Assembly (NCBI GenBank): GCA_025359825.1
Contig: JANYER010000161.1
Span: 1 to 47,761 of the forward strand
From: Granulicella sp.
GTDB lineage: Bacteria; Acidobacteriota; Terriglobia; Terriglobales; Acidobacteriaceae
Direction of reading: 5' to 3'
Length of the DNA stretch: 47,761 nt
The notes below the pieces were generated by a model. The model was given only the letters and a program-made list of their open reading frames with translations. It was not told where the DNA came from and searched no databases. Positions 1 through 8,513 of this stretch are shown here, piece by piece (the stretch's first letter is position 1; every line of letters begins with the position of its first letter). Made by a program: the position numbers and the translations under genes.

Positions 1-2
1 GG

Positions 3-1280
3 TTTCTCGCCGTCCTCACCGGCGCAGGCTCTGGCATCGCCGCAGGCCTCCTCATCCGCCTCCTCCACCTCGTCGAACACCTCGCCTACAACAGCCACAC
101 CGGAACCTTCCTCGGCGATGTAGCCGCCTCGCCCACCTTCCGCCACGTCGCCATCCTCACCACTGCAGGAATTCTGGTCAGCCTCTTCCTCGCCGCCGAA
201 CGCTACTTCAAACTCCGCGGCCCCGGCAACCGAGCCGGCACCACCACGCAGCTACCCCGCACCATCCCAACTCTGCTGGAAGCCTTCGTCTCCATCTTCA
301 CCGTAGGTATGGGTAGCCCGCTCGGACGCGAAGCAGCAGTTCGCGAAGCCGGAACCCTTATCGCCGCACGCCTCGCTGAACGCGTGCGCCTCACCCCCAC
401 CCAACGCACCCTCCTCCTCGCCTGCGGAGCCGGAGGAGGCATGGCCGCTGCCTACAACGTCCCCTTCGCCGGAGCACTCTTCGCCGTCGAAATCGTCCTC
501 GGAGTCTTCTCCCTCCAGGCCATGCTCGCCGCCACCCTCACCTCCTGCATCGCCACCGCCTGCTCCTGGCTCCTGCTCCCCAACGAGCCCTCCTACTCTG
601 TCCCTGCCCTACACTTCTCCGTCGCCGCTCTGGCCTTCGCCGTTCTCGCCGGACCACTCTGCGGCATCTGCTCCGCGCTCTTCGTCAAACTCATCGCCTG
701 GGCCTGCGCCCACCGCCCACGAGGAAACTGGGTCTTCATCGCTCCCGTAATTGTCCTCACCTGCGTGGGCATCGCGTCGCTCCATTACCCCGAACTCCTC
801 GGCAATGGCAAAGAAGCCGTGCAAGCCATCTTCCTCAATAAAGAGACCGTTCCCATCCTCGCCGTCCTGCTCTTCCTCCGCCCCATCGCCACCGTAGCCA
901 GCCTTCGCAGCGGAGCACCCGGCGGCCTCTTCACCCCCGTTATGACCATCGGTGCCATCCTCGGCTCCCTCATCGCCGGCCTCTGGACGCGCCTCGCCCC
1001 ACTCCTCCACCTGACCGCCTCCGCCGACAACGCCCTCCCCTTCGCCTTCATCGGCGCAGGAGCCACCCTCGCCGCAGGCACCCAGGCCCCCATCTCCTCC
1101 GTACTCTTCCTGCTCGAAATGACCCATCGCGGCGATACCCTGCTGATCCCACTTCTCCTCGCAGTCGTCCTCGCCTCCATCACCCATCGCCGCATCACTC
1201 TCGGCTCCATCTTCTCCGCCCGCCGCCCCACCCAACCCAACCACCCCACCCCCGATCCCGCCTGCGCCACCAACCCTTAG
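3..1280 (+). CDS. ClC-family chloride channel/transporter-like protein, 5' truncated by window edge
   Basis: The frame of ORF 309..1280 stays open back to position 3 (FLAVLTGAGSGIAAGLL...). ClC-like motifs GSPLGREAA, GAGGGMAAAYNVPFAGALFAVE and GGLFTP; many hydrophobic helices. Confidence 0.9.
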   Translation, partial: FLAVLTGAGSGIAAGLLIRLLHLVEHLAYNSHTGTFLGDVAASPTFRHVAILTTAGILVSLFLAAERYFKLRGPGNRAGTTTQLPRTIPTLLEAFVSIFTVGMGSPLGREAAVREAGTLIAARLAERVRLTPTQRTLLLACGAGGGMAAAYNVPFAGALFAVEIVLGVFSLQAMLAATLTSCIATACSWLLLPNEPSYSVPALHFSVAALAFAVLAGPLCGICSALFVKLIAWACAHRPRGNWVFIAPVIVLTCVGIASLHYPELLGNGKEAVQAIFLNKETVPILAVLLFLRPIATVASLRSGAPGGLFTPVMTIGAILGSLIAGLWTRLAPLLHLTASADNALPFAFIGAGATLAAGTQAPISSVLFLLEMTHRGDTLLIPLLLAVVLASITHRRITLGSIFSARRPTQPNHPTPDPACATNP

Positions 1281-1312
1281 ACAGTACTTTTAACCTGCGC
1301 TTCTAGGTAACC

Positions 1313-1372
1313 CAAGGCTTTAGCCTTGAGCCTCTCAGGCCTGAAAAAATGCGGGCTTTAGCCCCTGGGGTA
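1313..1372. repeat. REP-like double-hairpin intergenic element (GGCT-TT-AGCC cores)
   Basis: caaggct-tt-agccttg at 1313-1328, an A-rich spacer, then gggct-tt-agccc-ctgggg from 1353. Same layout as 11691-11762. Confidence 0.6.
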
Positions 1373-1438
1373 TGCATTCTTGACCACCGCCAGAAGAGCA
1401 AAAAGACACCTGTATCCCGTCCCATCTACAACAAATCT

Positions 1439-1498
1439 GGGTGCCCCATCTTCGCGACAGCACCATCGTCGCTAAGGTGGGCATCGTGCTAAGCACGA
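1439..1498. repeat. REP-like palindromic element (GGGTGCC-head family)
   Basis: gggtgc-cccatctt-cgcgac-loop-gtcgct-aaggtggg stem, then hairpin tcgtgct-a-agcacga. Related copy at 2654-2700. Confidence 0.65.
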
Positions 1499-1526
1499 CC
1501 GCACTCTTAGCCTTCCCACAAATCCA

Positions 1527-2561
1527 TCAACCCACCAACCCAAACTCCCCCGCCAGCAACTCATAACTCCGCAACCGCATCCCCTGATCCCAAACAATCG
1601 TATTCACAATCAACTCCCCAACCCCCAACTCACCTGCCATCTCCCGCAACTGCCGCCCCACCACCGCCGGTGTCCCCACAAAATACCGCGGCCACTCCCC
1701 CTCCTCCACCGCAATATCCCCGAATGCCTGCAACTCCCGCAGCGCCTCCTCCGGCGAAGCCACCGGCCGACGGTCGCCCGTCCGAATCCGTCGCTGCAAC
1801 ACCCGCACGCTGGAGTGCAGATAATCCGCCTCCTCCTGGGTCTCCGCGCAGATCACACCCACCGCCGCCGTAGCCTCCGGCACCGTCCTCGCACCCTGCC
1901 GCCCAGCTCTCAGAAAACCACGCTGATACGCCTCAATCGCCGCACGCGTATGCACCGGGCTAAAGAAGTGGGCAAAGGCATACGGCAAGCCGAACTGTGC
2001 CGCCGCTGCTGAACTCCACATGCTCGACCCCAGCATCCACATATCCGGCGCACCCGCCATCTCCGGCGACACCCGCAACCCTCCAAACGGATGCCCGGCA
2101 GGAAAGCTCCTGTAGAAGTAAGCCAGCAACTCCTCCACCTGCTCCGGAAAGTCATCCAGCGAACGCGACTTTCGGTCCCGCTTCAGCGCCAGCGCCTCCA
2201 CTGGCCCGCCCCCGGGAGCGCGCCCAATCCCCAAATCCACACGTCCCGGATACAGCGCATGAAGCGTCCGAAACACCTCCGCCACCTTCAGCGCAGAGTA
2301 GTGCGGCAGCATGATCCCGCCCGACCCAATCCGTATCCGCTTGGTCTCCGCGCCAATCCGCGCCAGCATAATCTCCGGGGCGGTGCACGCCAGCGTGTCC
2401 ATCGCATGGTGCTCGCTCATCCAGAACCGCGAATACCCTAACTCATCCACCCGCCGCGCCAGCTCAATCGACCGCTGCAACGCATCTCCCGGCGTACTCC
2501 CCGAAGCCACCGGCGACTGGTCCAGCACCCCCAACCTCAAATCCACTCCCGCATCTGCCAT
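1527..2561 (-). CDS. LLM-class flavin-dependent oxidoreductase (luciferase-like monooxygenase)
   Basis: LGVLDQSPV, RFWMSEHH, RIGSGGIMLPHYSALKVAEVF, RVDLGIGRAPG. Start set at MADAG (2561); 2567 is possible and the ORF-track start 2645 looks too long. Confidence 0.9.
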   Translation of the reverse strand: MADAGVDLRLGVLDQSPVASGSTPGDALQRSIELARRVDELGYSRFWMSEHHAMDTLACTAPEIMLARIGAETKRIRIGSGGIMLPHYSALKVAEVFRTLHALYPGRVDLGIGRAPGGGPVEALALKRDRKSRSLDDFPEQVEELLAYFYRSFPAGHPFGGLRVSPEMAGAPDMWMLGSSMWSSAAAAQFGLPYAFAHFFSPVHTRAAIEAYQRGFLRAGRQGARTVPEATAAVGVICAETQEEADYLHSSVRVLQRRIRTGDRRPVASPEEALRELQAFGDIAVEEGEWPRYFVGTPAVVGRQLREMAGELGVGELIVNTIVWDQGMRLRSYELLAGEFGLVG

Positions 2562-2653
2562 TCCCATTGGATGTTCCCCACCGCCCATCGACCCAAACCC
2601 ATAAATCCCTCCCGATACACCATCGAGCCCTCCTCTTCCCGCCATAACTCACC

Positions 2654-2700
2654 GGGTGCCGCATCCTGAGCGCGCCTGATCGCGCGATGGGTGGGGAAGC
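2654..2700. repeat. REP-like palindromic element (GGGTGCC-head family)
   Basis: gggtgccgcatcc-tga-gcgcg-loop-cgcgc-gat-gggtgggg; degenerate relative of 1439-1482. Confidence 0.5.
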
Positions 2701-2847
2701 AAAACTATCCGTCCTTCCAAACACCCACCCTTACCCTGACTCGATCCCACTTGACACACCCACCCCTCCCCACACCGCCCCCGCGAAAACCCACAGAAAA
2801 CCCAACCCACAAACAAACCTCAAGTGCACGCCTAACCACCATCAATG

Positions 2848-2886
2848 GAAGACTTTGCGCAACTTAAGGGGGGAAGGGGGAGTACC
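2848..2886 (+). repeat. Dispersed intergenic motif GAAGACTTTGCGCAAC plus G-tract
   Basis: Exact 16-bp match to 13402-13417; both copies are followed by a purine/G-rich tract ending in ACC. Confidence 0.7.
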
Positions 2887-2969
2887 GGCCGGACTCCTCC
2901 CGACCAGCCCCAACCCCGGTATGATAGAAAGTAGCCGGCGCATCTCCCCCCGCCGAAGGAGTTCCTACT

Positions 2970-3761
2970 TTGAGCACCAAATCGCCTCTCGATACCACCA
3001 CCGCATCCCTCCTGCCTCAATACGACGCCACCGCCTTCGCCACCCACACTCTCTCCTCCCGCGCCAATCTCGCCGCTGTCCTTGACCACACTCTGCTCAA
3101 GCCGGACGCCACCCGCGCCCAGGTCCTCCAGATCTGCCACGAGGCCGCCGAGCACCGATTCGCCTGCGCCATGGTCAATCCCACCTGGGTCGCCGTCGCC
3201 CACGCCGCCCTTGCCGGAACCGGCATCCCCGTCGGCGTCGTCATTGGCTTCCCCCTGGGTGCCACCCTCTCCAGCTCCAAACGCGACGAAACCGTTCGCG
3301 TTCTAAAACTCGGTGCCCATGATGTAGATATGGTGCTAAACATCGGTCTACTCAAGTCCGGCCAGCCTAGCGACTACGAGGCCATCTACAACGACATCCA
3401 CGGTGTAGTCGAGCTCGCCCACGCCTCCGGAGCCATCGTCAAGGTCATCCTCGAGACCTGCCTGCTCACCTATGAGGAGAAGCTCCGCGCCTCCGACATC
3501 GCCCTCGCCGCCGGCGCAGACTTCCTCAAGACCAGCACCGGCTTCGCCAACGGCGGCGCCACCGTAGACGACATCAACACCCTTCGCGGAGTCGCCGGCA
3601 ACCGCGCCGGAGTCAAAGCCTCGGGCGGCATCCGCTCCCTCGCCGACGCCACCGCTATGCTCCACGCCGGCGCCAACCGCATCGGTGCCAGCGCCAGCGT
3701 CAAGATCCTCGCCGAGCTCAGCGGCCAGGCCCCCACCGAAAGCGCCGCCTCCGGCTACTAA
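2970..3761 (+). CDS. deoC: Deoxyribose-phosphate aldolase
   Basis: LDHTLLKPDAT, VIGFPLGA, DVDMVLNIG, VKVILET, FLKTSTGF (Schiff-base Lys), VKASGGIR, RIGAS. Confidence 0.97.
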   Translation: MSTKSPLDTTTASLLPQYDATAFATHTLSSRANLAAVLDHTLLKPDATRAQVLQICHEAAEHRFACAMVNPTWVAVAHAALAGTGIPVGVVIGFPLGATLSSSKRDETVRVLKLGAHDVDMVLNIGLLKSGQPSDYEAIYNDIHGVVELAHASGAIVKVILETCLLTYEEKLRASDIALAAGADFLKTSTGFANGGATVDDINTLRGVAGNRAGVKASGGIRSLADATAMLHAGANRIGASASVKILAELSGQAPTESAASGY

Positions 3762-3827
3762 TCCCACAGCACGAAACTCACAGCAATCGCCTTCCACCAG
3801 CAACCCCGGTAGTATCATCACGTATTC

Positions 3828-5801
3828 ATGTCCTCAGTCCCCAAATCCCGCCGACCCACCGCCGCCGGTGGCGACTTCACCCACCCCGCGCCAGGGGACG
3901 ACGCCCCGTTCGAGGGCGACTACACCCCCGCGGCCACGGATACTCCCGCAACCCCCACCGCCCCCAATATCCGCGTAGAGCCCCTCCAAATTGATTTCCT
4001 CCACCGCCTCGCCGACGCCCTCAACACCACGCTCGACCTCAATACCCTCATGCACCGCGTCGCTGACCTCGTCCGCGCCGTCATCGACTACCGCATCTTC
4101 GCCATCCTCCTGCTCAACGACCGCACCCACGAGCTCTGGATGCGCTTCCAGACCGGCCACACCTCAGACATTGAGCGCATGCGCATCAAGCGCGGCCGCG
4201 GCATCGTTGGCCAGGCTGCCCTCCACCACAAGTCCATCCTCATCGACGACGTAGGCACCCCCGGCCACCATGTAGACCACTACATCGACGCCAACCCCAA
4301 CGTCCGCTCCGAGCTCGCGGTCCCGCTCATTATCAAAAATAAAGTCGTCGGCGTCATCGACATCCAGTCCGAAATCCCTGGCTTCTTCACCGCCGAACAT
4401 CAGCGCCTGCTCGAACTGGTCGCCTCCCGCATGGCCGTAGCCGTTGAGAACGCCCGCCTCTACACCCGCGTCTCCCGCCAGGCCCAGACCCTCACCGTCC
4501 TCAACGAGATCTCTCGCGAGATCACCAGCATCCTTGACGTCGACGACCTGCTCGAACGCATCGGCTTCCTTCTTAAGCGCGTCATCGACTTCCAGATGTT
4601 CACCATCCTCCTCTGGAGCGACTCCCGCGACCGCCTTGAGCACCGCTTCTCCTCTCGCTATGGCGAGCGCGTCACCCGCGAGCGCACCATCGCCCTCGGC
4701 CAGGGCATCATCGGTGCCGCCGCCGAGCTCCGCGAACCCGTCCTCGCACCCGACGTCCGCAAAGACCCCCGCTACGTCGTAGAGAACCCCGAGACCCGCT
4801 CCGAGCTCGCCGTCCCCCTCATCTACAAGGGCAAGGTCATCGGTGTCCTCGACCTGGAGCACACCCGCGTCAACTACTTCACCGAAGACCACCAGAAGAC
4901 CCTCAGCACCCTGGCCGCACAGGTCGCCATCAGCATCGCCAATGCGCGCCTCTACCAGCGCATCCATGAGGAAGAGCAGCGCATGGAGCGCGACATGGAG
5001 ATGGCCCGCGAGGTCCAGCTCCGCCTCATGCCTCCCTTCCCGCCCCAGATGCAGCACGCCCAGATCGCCGCCCAGTTCATGGCCGCCCGCTCCATTGGCG
5101 GAGACATCTACGACTTCCTCGACTACGGGCCCGGTCGCGTCGCGCTCGCCGTCGGAGACGTCTCCGGCAAGGCCGCCCCCGCTGCTCTCTACGCGGCGCT
5201 CGTCAGCGGCATCCTGCGCTCGCTCGCTACCCAGCACCTCTCCCCAGCTACCATGCTCTCCGCCCTCAACGACCAGCTCCAGGAGCGCAAGCTCGACTCC
5301 CAGTACGTCACCATGCTGATGGCCGTATGGGACGACAACAACCAGACCCTCCAGATCGCCAACGCCGGTTCGGTGCAGCCCCTCTTCGTCTCCACCATCC
5401 ACAACCCCACCCTGCCCAGCACCGCCCCCACCCCCTCCGGGGCAAAGTCCCGCTCCAAATCTCAACCGCCGGCAAGCGAAGTTCCGGCCAGCATCATTCA
5501 AGTCAAGACCATCCAGGCGGAAGGTTTCCCGCTCGGCCTCTTCCCCAACGCCGAGTACGAAGAGTTCACCCTCTCCACCCAACCCGGCGATCTCATCGTC
5601 TTCTTCTCCGACGGCATCGTCGACGCCCAGAACGCCGCGGGTGATATGTTCGGCGAAGAACGCCTCGCTGAGGTTTTGAAGAGCCAAGCACAACCCACCG
5701 CCGCCACCACAGCAGAAATCATCCTCGACGCAGTCGCAAACTTCCAGTCCGGCACCGCACATTTTGATGATGAGACAGTGGTTATTCTCAAAGTCTTGTA
5801 A
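3828..5801 (+). CDS. GAF-GAF-PP2C (SpoIIE/RsbU-like) Ser/Thr phosphatase
   Basis: Two GAF repeats (RSELAVPLI..KVxGVxD occurs twice), a coiled linker, and PP2C motifs GGDIYD, GDVSGK, FSDG, DDET. Confidence 0.92.
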   Translation: MSSVPKSRRPTAAGGDFTHPAPGDDAPFEGDYTPAATDTPATPTAPNIRVEPLQIDFLHRLADALNTTLDLNTLMHRVADLVRAVIDYRIFAILLLNDRTHELWMRFQTGHTSDIERMRIKRGRGIVGQAALHHKSILIDDVGTPGHHVDHYIDANPNVRSELAVPLIIKNKVVGVIDIQSEIPGFFTAEHQRLLELVASRMAVAVENARLYTRVSRQAQTLTVLNEISREITSILDVDDLLERIGFLLKRVIDFQMFTILLWSDSRDRLEHRFSSRYGERVTRERTIALGQGIIGAAAELREPVLAPDVRKDPRYVVENPETRSELAVPLIYKGKVIGVLDLEHTRVNYFTEDHQKTLSTLAAQVAISIANARLYQRIHEEEQRMERDMEMAREVQLRLMPPFPPQMQHAQIAAQFMAARSIGGDIYDFLDYGPGRVALAVGDVSGKAAPAALYAALVSGILRSLATQHLSPATMLSALNDQLQERKLDSQYVTMLMAVWDDNNQTLQIANAGSVQPLFVSTIHNPTLPSTAPTPSGAKSRSKSQPPASEVPASIIQVKTIQAEGFPLGLFPNAEYEEFTLSTQPGDLIVFFSDGIVDAQNAAGDMFGEERLAEVLKSQAQPTAATTAEIILDAVANFQSGTAHFDDETVVILKVL

Positions 5802-5964
5802 CGGAAGCCAGCAGAGCGCTTCGCGTCAAGACAGTGGTGATCCTCAAGATTTTGTAACTAAAATCTTCTCAGCCCTAGCATCAACACAGTGGTTATTCTC
5901 AAGCTCTGCAGCAAAAGCTTATTTAGCGCTGCATATCGACACTGTTGTCACCCTTGCGTTGAAG
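5775..5964 (+). repeat. Degenerate 55-56 bp tandem repeat, about 4 units, starting in the phosphatase 3' end
   Basis: acagtggttattctcaaa at 5775, acagtggtgatcctcaag at 5831, acagtggttattctcaag at 5886, and a weaker actgttgtcacccttgcg at 5941. Confidence 0.8.
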
Positions 5965-6053
5965 CGCCTGCTAAAATCCTCTCCGTCAAGATTCTTCGGG
6001 CCCAGCCACGCCAGAACGCGCCGCACCATTCTGCCAATCGGGAGCCAAAAATC

Positions 6054-7154
6054 ATGAAGACCGCAAACCTTCTTCTCACCTGCACATTTGCCGCAACCGC
6101 CATCGCAGCCCACGCCGACTTCACCTACCAGGAGTCCACCCAGATCACCGGAGGAACCATCGTCGGCATGATGAAGATGGTCGGCACCTTTAGCAAAGCG
6201 GCACGACAGATTGGTGACCCCATCCTCACCACCGTCATGGTCAAGGGCAACCGCATGACGCGCATCAGCAAGGACAGCTCCGAGATCATCGACCTCGACA
6301 AAGGCACCGTCACCGAGATCGACAACATCAAGAAGCAGTACACCGTCATGACCTTCGAAGAGATGCGGCAACGCATGGAAGCCGCCATGGCTAAGGCAAA
6401 ATCTCAGCAGAAGTCAGCTCCGGAGCAGCCCGCGAGTGGGGCACAGGACGTCAGCATGAAGTTCAACGTCCACGTCAAGAACACCGGCACCACCAAAGAC
6501 ATCGTAGGCCTGTCCGCTACGGAATCCATCCTCACCATGAATATGGAGGCCACAGACAAAAAGTCCGGCCAATCGGGCAATCTCGCGATCACCAACGACA
6601 TGTACCTCGCGCCAGAGATTCCCGGCTACGAAGAGGTCCGCGAGTTCTACAAACGTTATGCCCTCAAGATGGGATCGGTCATGGGACAGTCCATGAATAG
6701 TGCAATAAACCCTCAGTTGATGGCCATGATGCAGCAACCCGCAGCCGGCCAGGGTATGGCCGACATGGCCAAGGAGATGGCCAAGCTCAAGGGCGTGCCT
6801 GTCCTGCAGATCATGCGCATAGGAACCACCACGGACGGCACACCACTCCCCGCCGCATCCGAGGCAGCGCTGCCCGCCGCCGCCCCCACACCGACCGCAG
6901 GCGATATTGCGAAGCAATCCGCAACCTCGGCCATCTCCGACAAGCTCGGTGCATTGGGAGGCTTTGGCGGCTTCGGCCGCAAGAAGAAAGCTGACCCCGC
7001 GTCTGAAGCCGCTGCGGCAACCACTACACCCACCGCCGCTGTCCTTATGGAGTCGAACACCCAACTGGCCAGCTTCTCCAAAGCCTCCGTCGACCCGTCC
7101 CAGTTCAACCCACCCGCGGGCTACAAACAGGTCGAGCTGAAACCGATCGACTAA
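6054..7154 (+). CDS. Secreted hypothetical protein (possibly DUF4412-like)
   Basis: GGAG precedes ATG 6054; signal peptide MKTANLLLTCTFAATAIAAHA-D; C-terminal VDPSQFNPPAGYKQV resembles DUF4412/GLPGLI-type ends. Confidence 0.75.
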   Translation: MKTANLLLTCTFAATAIAAHADFTYQESTQITGGTIVGMMKMVGTFSKAARQIGDPILTTVMVKGNRMTRISKDSSEIIDLDKGTVTEIDNIKKQYTVMTFEEMRQRMEAAMAKAKSQQKSAPEQPASGAQDVSMKFNVHVKNTGTTKDIVGLSATESILTMNMEATDKKSGQSGNLAITNDMYLAPEIPGYEEVREFYKRYALKMGSVMGQSMNSAINPQLMAMMQQPAAGQGMADMAKEMAKLKGVPVLQIMRIGTTTDGTPLPAASEAALPAAAPTPTAGDIAKQSATSAISDKLGALGGFGGFGRKKKADPASEAAAATTTPTAAVLMESNTQLASFSKASVDPSQFNPPAGYKQVELKPID

Positions 7155-7178
7155 GCGCTACTGAATACGCAGTGCAGC

Positions 7179-8468
7179 CTACCGCTGGCTCAACGTATCC
7201 AGCAGCGTAAAGAACTCCGGAAAAGAAATCGCAGCAGCCTCGGCTCCGTGAATCTCCGTCTCACCCTCTGCCCGTAAAGCCGCGATCGCAAACGCCATCG
7301 CAATGCGATGATCGGTCCCTGAATCAACCGACGCACCATGCAGCTTCTGCCCGCCAGGAATACTCAACCCATCTTCGAACTCGGTCAGCTCCGCACCCAT
7401 CGCCCTTAGATTCTGTGCCACCAGCGCGATGCGGTCCGACTCCTTCACCCGCAGCTCCTTCGCGTCGCGAATCGTAATTCCGTCCCGTGTATAAGGAGCA
7501 ATCGCCGCCAGTACCGGCAGCTCATCGATAATCTGTGCCGACAAGGCTCCGCTGATCGTTGTCCCGTTGAAGCCACCCGGCGCCACGTTCACCTGGATCG
7601 TCCCGATCAACTCGCCATGCTGCTCTTCTACATTCAGCACCTTGATCCGTCCGCCCAGTGCTGCAATTACATCCAGCAACGAAGCCCGCGTCGGGTTCAT
7701 CCCAATTGAATCCAGAATCAGGTTCGACTCCGGAAACAGCAGCGTCGCACACAGAAAGAACGCCGCCGAAGAAAGATCACCCGGCACCGTCGCGTTGATA
7801 GCCTTCAACTGTTGCCCACCCGGAATACTGAGCTTCTCTCCCACCCGGTTCAACTCCGCACCAAACGCCCGCAGCGCGTGCTCGGAGTGGTCGCGCGTCC
7901 GCACCGACTCCGTCAACGAAGTCGTACCTTCTGCCTGAAGTCCAGCGAACAGCACAGCCGTCTTCACCTGCGCTGAAGGAATTGGTGTATCAAAATCAAT
8001 CGCCTTCAATGGCCCGCCATGGACTGTGATGGGCGCATGACCCTCCACCAAATCAAGCCGTGCTCCCATCGCCGAGAGCGGCTTGCGAATCCGCTCCATC
8101 GGCCTCAGCGTCAGCGAGTGATCTCCCACCAAAGTGAAGGTGTGCGGATGCGGAGCGATCAAACCCGCGAGCATTCGCATCGTCGAACCCGAATTGCCGC
8201 AATCCAGATCCACGGTGGGCTGGATGAACTTACCCGCCACGCCCGTCACATCAATCGTGCCGTCGTCATTCTTGACGACCGTCGCGCCCAGCGCCTCCAT
8301 ACAAGCAAGCGAAGAGTGCGGATCGGCACCGGTAGAAAAATTGGAGAGCCGCGTAGTCCCTTCGGCCAGACCAGCCAGCATCGCGTAACGGTGAGAGATA
8401 GACTTATCGCCGGGAAGAGTCACCGACCCCTGAAAGTTCCGTGCAGGACGAACCACTTGAATAGACAT
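7179..8468 (-). CDS. aroA: 3-phosphoshikimate 1-carboxyvinyltransferase (EPSP synthase)
   Basis: PGDKSISHR, LDCGNSGSTMR, SAQVK, RDHSE, IIDELP, ELRVKESDRI, DHRIAM (class II type). Confidence 0.98.
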   Translation of the reverse strand: MSIQVVRPARNFQGSVTLPGDKSISHRYAMLAGLAEGTTRLSNFSTGADPHSSLACMEALGATVVKNDDGTIDVTGVAGKFIQPTVDLDCGNSGSTMRMLAGLIAPHPHTFTLVGDHSLTLRPMERIRKPLSAMGARLDLVEGHAPITVHGGPLKAIDFDTPIPSAQVKTAVLFAGLQAEGTTSLTESVRTRDHSEHALRAFGAELNRVGEKLSIPGGQQLKAINATVPGDLSSAAFFLCATLLFPESNLILDSIGMNPTRASLLDVIAALGGRIKVLNVEEQHGELIGTIQVNVAPGGFNGTTISGALSAQIIDELPVLAAIAPYTRDGITIRDAKELRVKESDRIALVAQNLRAMGAELTEFEDGLSIPGGQKLHGASVDSGTDHRIAMAFAIAALRAEGETEIHGAEAAAISFPEFFTLLDTLSQR

Positions 8469-8513
8469 TGAACTCTATTTTAGAGGACGAAGCCCCTCAC
8501 ACCAACCAACCCC

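Noticed and set aside
2700-2845. C/A-rich low-complexity tract and the 132-aa ORF 2687-3085
   Set aside because: Consistent with the regional C-rich strand bias; no periodic unit or protein-like features.
4164-5762. 532-aa antisense ORF (and similar ones at 609-1244, 15105-16235, 20658-21467, 31775-32485)
   Set aside because: Shadow frames of well-supported genes; expected from high GC and biased codon use; no recognisable motifs.
5775-5964. CRISPR array interpretation of the 55-56 bp periodic repeats
   Set aside because: Repeats are degenerate, the first lies inside a CDS, the spacers resemble each other, and no cas gene or leader is present.
5889-6053. N-terminal extension of the secreted protein in the ORF track
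   Set aside because: It starts within the tandem repeat; the SD and signal peptide support ATG 6054.
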